From Schmidtea nova (lineage: Eukaryota), in NCBI GenBank assembly GCA_044892505.1, contig CM097883.1, forward strand, positions 242,234,001-242,298,000: 64,000 nucleotides of DNA, written 5' to 3'. Positions 39,945-51,066 of this stretch are shown piece by piece (the first letter of the stretch is position 1; each line of letters starts with the position of its first letter). A model generated the notes under the pieces. The model saw only the letters and a program-made list of their open reading frames with translations, made no database searches and had not been told where the DNA came from. The position numbers and the translations under genes are program-made.

Positions 39945-41465
39945 TAAAATCCAAAGTTTTTATTCCAAGCATAACAACTTTTCCGCTGCCAAAGACATTG
40001 ACATATACTTGATCAAATTTCTGTAGGCGTAATGCAGAGAATTTTTTTTTTAATATAGCGACCTACCCTGGTAAGTAAGCCTACAAATTTTATTTTCAAA
40101 CAAAAAATTCTCTGCTCCGAAGAGACAGGTCCTGTCCTTTTTATGATACCAGGCCGGCCGTAGATGGCACAGGCTAATTTCCATCCAATGTTTTAATTCT
40201 TCATTCCTCCTAGCCAAAGTCCGGGGACCAACGGCTTATTTTACCAGGATAACATTCAAGAGCAGCATTCAGGTCAGCATGCTGGGATGGGTTTCATATC
40301 GGATTACAGCATCAGACATTCAGGAGTAGGTTCTGAGATATTTAGAAACATAGGGTATTCAGGTTTGTAGTCATTCAAGTTTGCATAATTTTGAATTTCG
40401 TAGACATCTGAGTTCATAGACATTCGGGTTCGTAGATATTCTTATTCGTAAATACGCAGGTTGACAGGCATTTAGTTTTATGGAAGTATAGGCATTTATT
40501 AGAAGATCTCTGGGAATAGTTATTGTAGAGTAGTGGGGTTTTATTGATTAACATTCCTGAGTAGGTTCTGAGATATTTAGAAACATAGGGTATTCAGGTT
40601 TGTAGTCATTCAAGTTTGCATAATTTTGAATTTCGTAGACATCTGAGTTCATAGACATTCGGGTTCGTAGATATTCTTATTCGTAAATACGCAGGTTGAC
40701 AGGCATTTAGTTTTATGGAAGTATAGGCATTTATTAGAAGATCTCTGGGAATAGTTATTGTAGAGTAGTGGGGTTTTATTGATTAACATTCCTGAAGGTA
40801 AAGTTTAAGCATTAGATCAAGGGTTGATTCATCTGGTTCTTTAAGTAGGAATTGTTTTTCTTTGTGATAGGTTTGTGCATCGAATATCGTCTTAATCAAT
40901 TCTGTATTAGGTATTTTAAGTACTTCACTTAATTTTTCTTTGCAGATGCAAGTGAACGGGTACCAATATAATGGTTGGCAGCAGAATAGCACTTTTGTAG
41001 GAAAATTCTTTGATTGTAAGATATGTTTGATGTTCGTAATATCAGCTATTAGATTCTTAGGGTTTATGGTTGAATATTGTTTTTCATTTGTATGATCATT
41101 ATTGAGGGTAATTATGAAGGGTAATTTGTCTTTGTATTCTTCAAATTGTGTTTAGTCGGTTAGTAAATTCTCTGTTGTATTCTAGTTTGAACACACAAAG
41201 ACATTTCTTTTGTAATTCGTATAAATTAATAAATTTGCTGACATCGACCGTCACGGTAATTGATTGAATCTCTAAATTTTTAATCTTGAATTTCGAATCC
41301 CCAGGCTTTAACGGTTGTTGGCATCCCATTACCAGACACTTGCCAGATTTGAAGAAGATGATTGGGTACTTGCCGCTTCTGTCAACAACTTGCTTCGATT
41401 TGCTACTCGGGAATATCATGCCGGGAACTAAACATTTACCTTTTTAATTGATGTTGCTCAACATT
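39945..41465 (-). pseudogene. TATA-binding-protein-like gene split by a ~1.1-kb insertion
   Basis: Repeat 1 KYPIIFFKSGKCLVMGC..FKIKNLEIQSITVTVDV..INLYEL (41180-41420); repeat 2 FSALRLQKFDQVYVNVFGSGKVVMLGIK (39955-40041). Confidence 0.65.
40324..40794. repeat. Near-perfect 235-bp tandem duplication
   Basis: GTAGGTTCTGAGATATTTAG at 40326 and 40561. Confidence 0.92.
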
Positions 41466-41521
41466 TTTGATTAATTAAACAAATATAAACAATATTAATA
41501 TTAATTAATTAATTAATTAAT

Positions 41522-42130
41522 ATGGAATTAAGAAATGATGTCAGCGGGAGTGGGAAAACGTTGTTTTTATGTAAATTATTACAATAAAAAATGTTTAAAT
41601 CGAAATTCAATAAAGTTAATTGGCATCGAGGAGCTGATGAAGAACATGGATATACTCAAGATCAGTTTTGTAAATTAAAAATGAATTTTATAAAAGGTTT
41701 TGACAAAAATTGATCATCTAAATTACAACAAGGTGATGTTTTAATTATTAATGATTTGTATCAGGAAGCCAATAAAGAAAATGATTTCAACAATTTATTT
41801 ACAAAAATTAGTTGACACTTGGGTGTTGCAGTTATTTTCATTTACTCAAAATTTATTCCATCAAGGTGGTAGTCATAGAACCCGGAATTTAAATGTACAA
41901 TACTTGGTTATATTCAAAAACCCAGGAGATGCAACAATTATTGATTTTCTTGCAAGATAAGCTTACCCTAATCATAGAAAGTTTTTACTTGATTCATTTC
42001 AAGATGCAACTAAATTTCCACATGGATATCTGTTTTTCGACTTTACACAACAATGTCTTTATAATTTACGTATAAGAACTGATCTTTTCAATGAAAAAAG
42101 TATTACAGTTTATAAAAAAATTGAAATCAT
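41522..42130 (+). pseudogene. A32/FtsK-like packaging ATPase
   Basis: GSGKT Walker A, LIINDL degenerate Walker B, TQNLFHQG..RTRNLNVQYLVIFKNPGD, PHGYLFFD; several stops. Confidence 0.9.
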
Positions 42131-42331
42131 AAAATTAATTAATTAAAATGTCATTCAAAAAAGTCGTTGTTCAACCCTTTATTGGAAAATCCGATAAACA
42201 ACAAAAAGTAAAAGTAAAGAATATGTCATTAAAGAAGATATCATTGAAAAAGAAGTCAAAAATCAAGAAATCAAAGAAGAATGGATTAAATTATAAACAA
42301 AACATTGTTAAAAAGCCGATAATAATGAAAA

Positions 42332-42655
42332 TTGAACGGAGTTTACCATATTTATGCCTTGATAAAGGCTCCAATTAATAAACGTATGACAATTTTACAG
42401 GCTTTTCCCACATTTGTTATTGATGATTTGCTTGAAGTTATGGTCAATGTAATTCGTGGTAATGTAAATATTAGTAAAGCCAAAATATTAGTGCTACAAA
42501 AACACAAAAGATCACTTTTATCACTTGTCAACACTAAAAATCGTAATCTTATGCGAAAGATAGTTTATAAACAAAATGGCGGTTTCCATAGGTAAAATTA
42601 ATTCCAATAGTATTATCAGCTATAAGTGTAATTTCATCATTAAAAGGGCACTAAA
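42332..42655 (+). pseudogene. Conserved small Polinton protein (PZ-like)
   Basis: IDDLLEVMVNVIRGNV..KHKRSLLSL..QNGGF..IPIVLSAI; the QNGG may be a protease site. Confidence 0.55.
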
Positions 42656-42759
42656 AATTCAATACCCGATAAAAATAATTTAGACTTGAATATATTAACA
42701 TCTTGTTGTAACAATGAAGGAAATATTATCCAAAAAGAAGGTAACCAAAAATCAATTAA

Positions 42760-43820
42760 AAAAAAGATTTGGACAAATCCAAAAGATCCCGATGGGTTTG
42801 CTGGGGTAAACAAAATTTCAAAAAGAGTAAATAATTCAAAGAAAGATACACAAAAATGGTTATCTTATCAATTGGCATATAGTTTAAATAAACCAATGTT
42901 GAAAAGATTTCCTTCATGAAGTTACAAAAACAATTGGTGTTGATGATTTATGGCAAATGAATTTAATGGAAATGATACCTTTTTCAAAAATAAATAATGG
43001 ATACAAGTATATTTTGACTTGTATTTATGTGTTTAGTCGCTATGCACGTGCAGTTCAAACAAAAACTAAATCTGCAAATGAAATGGCTGAAGCTATAAAA
43101 ACTTTATTTGCAGATGGGCAACCTCGAAATTTACAAACTGATTTGGGTAAGATTTTAATTTAATTTAAATTTATTTAAAATTATTCTAGGTAAAGAATTT
43201 TATAATAGTAAAGTTATAAAAATTATCAAAGGTATTATTCATTACTCAGTATTTTCACAATTCAAAGCAGTTGTTGTTGAAAGATTCAATCGATCTCTGA
43301 GAGATAAATTGAAAAAAATACTTTGTTTTTCAAAGAAATAAAACTTGGATAAATGTTTTACCTAAATTGATATATAGTTATAATTATTCTCCCCATAAAG
43401 GAATACAAGGAAAGCGACCCATTGATGTTTATTCTACAAATAATATGGATAGTTGGTTATCTGAACAAAGAAAATCAATAAAGAAAAAGCTGAAATAGAG
43501 GGTCGGTGATCATGTTAGAATCAGTAAAATCAATGGATCCCCCTGTATCGAGAATTTTGACAATAATTAGAGCAATGAAGTTTATCAAATCTCGAAAATC
43601 AATACAAATCAGAACCCGGTCATGTACTTTATTACCGATTCTGAAAATAATGAAATCAGTGGGAAATTCTACGAACAAGAGTTACAAGTCATTCCAGCCC
43701 CATCAGTATTCAGAATTCAAAAGATTTTGAAAACCAGAATGGTTGGCAAATATAAACAATATTATGTTCAGTGGCATGAGTATGAAAAACCCACTTGAAT
43801 ATCTGAAAATCAATTGATTA
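42760..43820 (+). pseudogene. Retroviral-like c-integrase with chromodomain and a 43-nt intron
   Basis: DDLWQMNL, YILTCIYVFSRYA, LQTDLG|KEF, VERFNRSL, VGDHVRIS, SGKFYEQEL, YYVQW. Confidence 0.92.
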
Positions 43821-43851
43821 AATAAATATTACGAAAGAAAACCAGTTTTAT

Positions 43852-44865
43852 ATGATTTTGCCTAGCAATGCATGTCCTCTTATTTATCCTAATAATGAAG
43901 CTAGTAATTTTAATGTAGAATTTCAAAATCCGATTTATTTAAATAGTAATGACGATTGGGAAGTTGCTTTGATTGATTTTACTTTTGTGTATAATTTGTT
44001 CCCATATTATAGTAATTATTTTATTCAAATTGAAACTAAAAGAGAAATGCAAGAAATTAGTTATTTGGGAATTAATAATCAAAATAAAACATTCCAAGTT
44101 ATAGTTTCTCAGCCTAGTTCAGACACTGATTCATTTATTGAAAAATATTAATATTTAGTGTTTGTTTGCCCACATGTTCCATTTAAAATTACATTTCCAG
44201 ATCTTGAACATGCAAAATATTTTGGTTTGGCAAAATACAATAATAATAATTGAAAATGATCATTATCGCTTAAAATTACCAAAATTCACGAATGATAATA
44301 GTCTTGAACAATTTGAAATTTTATTAAATTATGACATTAAAACTGTTAATGATCATTATTTTTAAGAAGAATTATTCATAACATCATTACCCGAATTGAA
44401 AGGATATTTAATGAAAATTAATCCATTTCCATTTAAAGAAATGAAACTTGTCAATAATGAATTGGTTAAAATTATTCTTCATGATAATATTTTAAAAATT
44501 ACTTTTATTCAAATTTAACCAAATCTCTGGGTCTACAGAAACAAACATATACTGATATAGAAATTATCGGTGTAAAAATACCCAAGATTTTACAACTTCA
44601 TCAGCAAATGTTCATTTACAGTAACATTATCGAACCAGTGACTGTTGGAGGTGTGAGTTCCCCTCCTAAAATCAATTTGGATCAAGAAATATGACCAAGG
44701 TGAAGTTGTACAAATTGAAATAAAGAATCCAATGTATTTGCCGATTTCAACATCAGCTATAAACAACATTGAAATCAATATTCGGGATGACAGTGGAAAA
44801 TTAATTACATTTTCAAAAGATACAAAGACTCATTTGACTCTACATTTTCGTAAAATAAATGATTA
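43852..44865 (+). pseudogene. Minor capsid (penton-like) protein, copy 1
   Basis: LPSN..FNVEFQNPIYL..WEVALIDF N-terminus; IYSNIIEPVTVGG..NPMYLPI..INNIEINIRDDSG..LTLHFRK C-terminus. Confidence 0.8.
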
Positions 44866-44869
44866 AAAA

Positions 44870-45870
44870 AGATTTTTATGTAAATTTACCAAGTAATTCT
44901 TGGCCATTGACACATCTCAATACTAAAACTGGAAAATTCAATGTTGAGTATCAAAACCCGATTTATTTGGATGGTATTTAGGAAGTTGCTCTTATAGATT
45001 TTACTTTTGTGTACAATGAATTTCCGTTTTATAATAGTTCAAGTATAAAATTTACTTGAAGTGAATTAAATTCTAGTTATGAATATTTCAATTTTAACCG
45101 ACAAAAGAATGAATATGATATTAGTCACGATTCTAATTATTATTTGATGTATATTGATGGCAATATTTTAAATGTAAATTGTAAATATTTTCCATTTCAA
45201 ATAATATTTGATAGTGTTGAAGAAGCTAAAAAATTAGGGTTTCAAGAAAAAGCTGTGACATTTAATGATGAATTAAACAAAATTGAAATTCCTGCAAATG
45301 AAAATAAAAAGCTTGATGATACTATACGATTTACTATAACTTATACTTATCCTGTAGAATATACAGATAATTTCAAAGACGATTTAATAATAAATAATCT
45401 TACTGAATTATCTGATCAAATTGAAACTTTATCCACATCCATTTAAAGTGATTGATATTAAAGAAGAAAAATTAATTCTTGAAGATAATATAACTAGTGT
45501 CAAGTTTAGTTGGAATTAAGTAAATTCGTTAGGATTAGTTGAACAAGAATTCTTTGACAAAATTATTGATGGTTTATATTATCCACAAGTTTTAAAACTT
45601 CATCAACAAATATTCATCTATACGAATATTATTTAACCAATTCTTGTTGGTGACATGTCAGTTCCACTATTGAAATGTGTTTGGGTTGAAAAACATAAAA
45701 AGGGGGATTTGGTTCAAATTGTTGAGAAAAATCCAATGTATTTACCGGTCAGTTCCACATATATAAACAATATAGAAATCAATATTTGTGACGACAGTGG
45801 AAAAATAGTTAAATTTGCAAAAGAAGACAAGACTTACTTGACATTACATTTCCGTAAAATAAATGAATAA
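44870..45870 (+). pseudogene. Minor capsid (penton-like) protein, copy 2
   Basis: Same N- and C-terminal motifs (YVNLPSNS..FNVEYQNPIYL; NPMYLPVSSTYINNIEINICDDSG..LTLHFRK) with a divergent middle. Confidence 0.8.
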
Positions 45871-46260
45871 TCCAGATATTATCAGTTTCTATAGCAACAG
45901 TCAATCAGGTGGAGAATTACCGTATTTTGTAGGTAAACAATATCGAACGGGTTAGTTGAAAACAATATACAGATTTGCATTACCGATTCTTAGACGTATA
46001 GAAATTTTGGTATGAAAACTGCCAACGACGTGTTAAATAATAATTCAAAGATTTTACCTGCACTAAATTCCAATGCCATTTCAGAAATTAAAGATTCATT
46101 ACTTGATGTGATTCATCATTTGCCAAAAGTGATTAATAAAGTGACTGATGTGTTTAACGAAAACAAAACTGAAAATAAAATATGGCGGAATTCTTTAACG
46201 TAAAAGAAATATGAAGAAACATATAAACAAAAGAATGAAAGGATATGGAACAATATTTGA
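45863..46260 (+). pseudogene. Putative virion core protein
   Basis: QSGGELPYFVGKQY..RFALPIL motif directly upstream of the MCP; basic C-terminus. Confidence 0.5.
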
Positions 46261-46263
46261 AAA

Positions 46264-47488
46264 ATGATTAGTGCAAAATCTGAATTATGTCTTTGTGACA
46301 GACCATCTCCACAAGCAGTGATTAAACGTGGTGCATTTGAAGATATTTACCCAACAAATTCAATTACAGATGCTGGAACACCCTCTATTCAATTTTACAT
46401 CAACGGATCTCAAACTGAATATTTAGATTTGAACGATACTTTACCATCTCTTCAGGTCAAAGTTGTAAACAAATCGGGTAAAAATTTAGGATTGGATGCT
46501 GATATTACTCCCAACAATTTCTTTTTCCAAACTCTTTTTAAAAAAGCCGACTTAATTTTCAATTCTACTAAAGTTTAAGGAGGAAATGATACATTTACAT
46601 ACAAAGCCATGATTGAAACTATTCTCAACTACAATAATGATCAAAAACACACATCTTTAACTCCAATGGGAAACAATGAACATGAACTAACTAGATAAAC
46701 ATGGATTGCAAAATCAAAGCCATTTTCAATTTGTTCTCCATTACATTTCGATTTCATGGAACAACTCAAGTATTTATTATCAGGTGTTATTGTTCAAATT
46801 AAATTGACGAGATCAGACCCAGTCAATAGTTTAACATGCACAAAAATTGGACCTAAAATTGAATTATTAGAGGCTAAATTAAAGGTTAGAAGAGTTCGAG
46901 TTGAACCATCAGTTTTCGCTGGGCATCAAATTGCACTTGGTACAAGAAATGCAATTTATCCAATAAAAAATAAAGAAGTTGTAGAATTTTCATTGCAAAT
47001 GGGTTCTTCGTCATTTTAAAAAGAAAAATCTTTGGTGATAGACAATTACCAAACTTTATTCTTGAAGCATTTCAAGGAAATAAAAGACACGGTGGTTCTT
47101 TTACTGAAACTTATTCTATTTATAATCATTTAAATGTCAAATCATTATCTTTATCGAAAGGAAGTGATTATCGTGAAAAATATTCTTAAGATTTTGAAAA
47201 TGATAATTGCAGTACTAGTTATATGCAATCTATTATCCGTAACCTTGGTTACCTAGATAAGAGTATAAATTGTGGTATTTCATTAACTGATTAGAAAACA
47301 AATATTCTTTTTTCACCTTCGTTTTGGCTCCAGATTTTGAGCTAAATCAAAGTCAATTACCTTAACAGGGTAATCTAAGACTTGATATTAAATTTGGTAC
47401 GCCATTGACTGAATCAGTTTCTGTAATTGAATATGGAGTTTTTGAAAAAGAATTACAAATTACAGCTAATCGAACAATACTAGTTTGA
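46264..47488 (+). pseudogene. Major capsid protein (double jelly-roll, hexon-like)
   Basis: KSELCL..PSPQ..EDIYPTN..IQFYINGSQTEYLDLNDT, QIKLTRS, AKLKVRRV, GNLRLDIKFG.PL.ESV. Confidence 0.88.
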
Positions 47489-47509
47489 TTGAAAATCAAA
47501 TAATTTGAA

Positions 47510-47935
47510 TGGTTATAAACTAATTTGAATCAAATTTATCATCAAATGAAGTAAGATTTTAATTTATTTATATTTTTATTTTTATTAGTTCTATTCAGAT
47601 TGAATATATTGTTAGAAAATTATTGGGATCGGAATTTCTTAGTGTTTTTCCGTTGGATAAAATCCCATATATTGATGTAAACAAAGCTTTGATTATCAAT
47701 ATTCAATCATCAAACCTTAATAGTGAAAATTGGATTGCAGTTTATGTAAAACCCGATAAAATGCACGTGTTTGATCCAATGGGATTTTAATTTTCGCCGC
47801 TATTGATTAAAAAATTACCGTAAATGTTGATGCCAATTGAATATAACAGAATCCGAAACCAAAATCCAATGACAAAAACATGTGGTCAGCACTGTATAGC
47901 GTGGTTAATAAAAATCATAATTGTCTTTTTTCACC
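47510..47935 (+). pseudogene. Adenain-like cysteine protease with a 48-nt intron (47551-47598)
   Basis: FLSVFPLD..IINI..ENWIAV..VFDPMG..QNPMTKTCGQHC; the catalytic His appears mutated. Confidence 0.8.
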
Positions 47936-47955
47936 TTTGATCTTTTTATATTATT

Positions 47956-48124
47956 ATTATCAATAATTCTCATAATGATGACTATAGATCAAAATTTTGT
48001 TTTAAACAATAACACAATATTTCGCACAGCCTTTATCACTTGATAAAGACTGTGCCGAAATATTGTGTTATTGTTTAAAACAAAATTTTGATCTATAGTC
48101 ATCATTATGAGAATTATTGATAAT
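47956..48124. repeat. 169-bp near-perfect palindrome (83-bp arms, 2-nt loop)
   Basis: Arms differ by one mismatch and one indel; a third copy of the arm lies at ~50960-51049. Confidence 0.95.
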
Positions 48125-48774
48125 GTTAATAAAAATGTTTAATAAATAAATATTTGTATTGAAAATTTTTATTATTTTTAATTCTTAATTTTTCCAATTT
48201 TAATTAGATTTGTTTTGTTTAATATTTTACGTTGCGGTAATCTAATTCGTGTGCTCATATGTGTATCCATGGTAATGTTGATGTGTTGTGTATCATGTAA
48301 TAATTATGTATATAAACGAATAAAAATCATTTTAAAATCACTTTTCACTTGATCCCAATTTTGGTAGGTAAATTTTTATTTTAAAATTTTTTGAATTAAT
48401 TTTTATTATTTTTTAGAATTTATTGATATTACAAATAATTTATGAAAGAAAATATGAGTTACAATTTAAATGCAGAAAATGTGAAGAATTATTTTTCAAG
48501 AAACAAAAAACAAGCAATAAAATGTAAGAATTGCTTTATTTTTAAATTTTTGAAAAGTATTAACTTTTATTAATTAAATGTTAATTAAATTCAAATTATT
48601 TGAATATTTAAATATTACATTTGTTGAATTATTTAAATATTTATTAAATTTTAATTTTAATTTTAAACGTAATAATTAACTATATAAAGATAATGAATTT
48701 TGGATAATTATAATTGATTCAGCATTAGCTGTAATTATAGCCGGGAACCCTCTAGTAGTTGCTGGGCCCATAAT

Positions 48775-49415
48775 TATCGTGTCATAGGTTCCCCCTAAAG
48801 CCGTTCCAGGGCCTTGAATTGCACACTGGTAAACCATTTCCAATGAGTATGAACCAGCACTTAATTCATTCGCATAGCTGCAACGTTTCACAGCCGGTAT
48901 AATTTGTCCACCGCTTCTATGGATGACATTAGCATGCCAAGTAACATCATGAATATTAAAACTATAACCTCGCATATTTTCCTCACATAATATGCTGTCT
49001 TCTAATTGAAGGCAACAACACCACTTTCTCTAATCTCATTCCAATAGTGTTCACCTTTCGACACATCAACCACCATACTCGGTCCATTGTCATCGGGCCC
49101 GAAACACCAAATATTTCTCGATTCACTAACATACCAGTCGTAGGTATCGACCAAGAATCTACCCCTTTCTTTAACATCAGTTCGAGAAGTGAATTTCTCT
49201 GCTTCAATATTACTTGCTAATCCTTCGCTCATTGGAGCCGCAATCATATAAAGCTGATTGTGCTTGTTTGGAGATTTACTCAAACACAGCTCACCACTGA
49301 TTTGTGTGACTAATTCTCGGTAGGATACAACAAGATCACTTTTCTTTATCAGAATGTAAGCATGACTTTCTTCGAGATAATTTAAACAGATTTCCAAATG
49401 AAATTCTTCAGCTCC
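48775..49415 (-). pseudogene. EEF2: Elongation factor 2 internal fragment, intronless
   Basis: HLEICL..KKSDLVVSYRE..LSKSPNKHN.LY..IWCFGPD..NMRG..IHDVT.HA..IHR.GGQIIP (diphthamide-loop region). Confidence 0.95.
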
Positions 49416-49429
49416 ATCGATTGATAGCT

Positions 49430-49625
49430 GTATCACTAAAACCGCTAATCCTTTAGCATTAAGCCGAGCTGTTCTACCAGTCATGTGAACGTAATCATCA
49501 AATCCTTTTGGAAGATCATATTGCTCAGTTAATGACCCCTTTGGCAAATCTAAGCCTCAGCTAGCAATATCCGTTTCAAACAAGACACCATCTTTGTTAA
49601 ACTTACTAAATGAATGAACAGAAGA
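49430..49625 (-). pseudogene. DEAD-box RNA helicase C-terminal fragment
   Basis: VLFETDIAS*GLDLPK..QYDLP..DDYVHMTGRTAR (motifs V and VI). Confidence 0.8.
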
Positions 49626-49691
49626 ACTTCATTTATCCAGACGCATATTACTACGTGATTTTAAAAGTTTTTACGGTGAATTCAAAGACGT

Positions 49692-49730
<39 letters not shown>

Positions 49731-49760
49731 AACTTTCTTTGAGCTCATTTTTGTTGCCAA

Positions 49761-50072
49761 TCAAACATAATATTCCATAGACATTTTATTCTGAATAATA
49801 CGAATTGCGTTTTGAATGTGCCTCATGTCATATCTCAATTGATCCACGCGCAACTTGCTGTTGCTCCTATTGATAATGGGCTCTTTTCGTGAAAGTATTT
49901 CCAATTTATCACAATTTTCTGAGGCTTCATTAAGCATTTCATTTGGAAGTTTGTCTTGCTGTTGAAACAATTCGTATTGATTAGATATTGCACAATGGTC
50001 AATATTTTCCATTATGGATTGCACTTTAATATATATTTCATTAGTTTTCTGCATTAACTCATTAACTGCCAT
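49761..50072 (-). pseudogene. GOSR2: Membrin/Bos1 SNARE N-terminal domain fragment
   Basis: KLEILSRKEP..RSNSKLRVDQLRYDMRHIQNA parallels the GOSR2 motif [30 protein letters not shown]. Confidence 0.8.
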
Positions 50073-50217
50073 TTATTATATGGATATTTTATTAAATATT
50101 GAAATATTGAAATGCAACAATCTTTTTTTCAGCTTAATAATTTTTATTTTTAAAAAACACAATTACAATCTTATTTATTAAACTCACACAATAAAACAAC
50201 ACAAATATTTTTTTAGC

Positions 50218-50619
50218 ATGTTGAAAGAAAAATGTAAATTTTCCAAAATCAAAGTTTACAATTATTTTACCAATCACTATATACTTGAATTCTTTTCATG
50301 CATAATGATTGACATTGATAATCAGAGTCAGGAAATTTTGCCAGAGAAATTAGTTATTAATAATGACAAAGAGAAGCTTATTTATGTAGATAATAATATG
50401 GTTAAACCCGTATTGGATGATAGCGACATAAAATCTGATAACACCATCACTATTGAGAAAATTCATAATCTAAACCCAGTGGGTGAATTAAATGTTAAAG
50501 AAAATATTGATAGTGAAATTTCTCCAGAAAGCATTGTTTATGAACCAATTGTAAAAGATTTCAGTAAAAATAATATGAGCTTGTTTCAGTGGAATTTTCT
50601 CAGAAAAACTGTAAAGTAA
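50218..50619 (+). CDS. Acidic ORF of unknown function inside the Pack-type element
   Basis: 133-aa open frame; no motif recognised. Confidence 0.3.
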   Translation: MLKEKCKFSKIKVYNYFTNHYILEFFSCIMIDIDNQSQEILPEKLVINNDKEKLIYVDNNMVKPVLDDSDIKSDNTITIEKIHNLNPVGELNVKENIDSEISPESIVYEPIVKDFSKNNMSLFQWNFLRKTVK

Positions 50620-51066
50620 AAGAAGCAGGAGATAAACTGCTTGATATCAGTGCAAGTACTCATAACAATTGCCCAATCGGTGACACAATTATAAGAAGTC
50701 GGCAGTGACTATGATTACTCGAAATGTGTAATTTGTAAACAAGATATTTTCCAAAATCAATAATATTAGAGATATGTTAATTAATTTGAATTATTTAAAT
50801 ATTTATTTAATTTGAATTTAAATTTTATATGCAAAATAAAATATTTAAGCAAAATGAATTTTGAATAATATTAAACACGTTAATTATTTTAAATTATTTA
50901 AATATTTATTTAATTTAAATTTAAATTTTATGCTTAAAAATTAACTATTTAAAGATATTATTATAATCAATAATTCCCATAATGGATGACTATAGATCAA
51001 AATTTCTTTAAATAAGTACACAATATTTCGGCACAGCCTTTATCAAGTGTGTATTTCAATCGTTAT

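Larger units (their letters stand above)
38206..47935. mobile_element. Polinton/Maverick remnant C with most of the virion module
   Basis: AGTAGGGGATAGTGA candidate terminus, pPolB tail, ATPase, integrase, 2 pentons, core protein, MCP and protease; all lesioned; right terminus not found. Confidence 0.92.
48037..51049. mobile_element. Non-autonomous TIR element (CAC...GTG, Transib-like ends) carrying host gene fragments
   Basis: ~85-bp TIRs CACTTGATAAAG(A/G)CTGTGCCGAAATATTGTG at both ends; possible 5-bp TSD TTTAT/TGTAT; no transposase. Confidence 0.65.
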
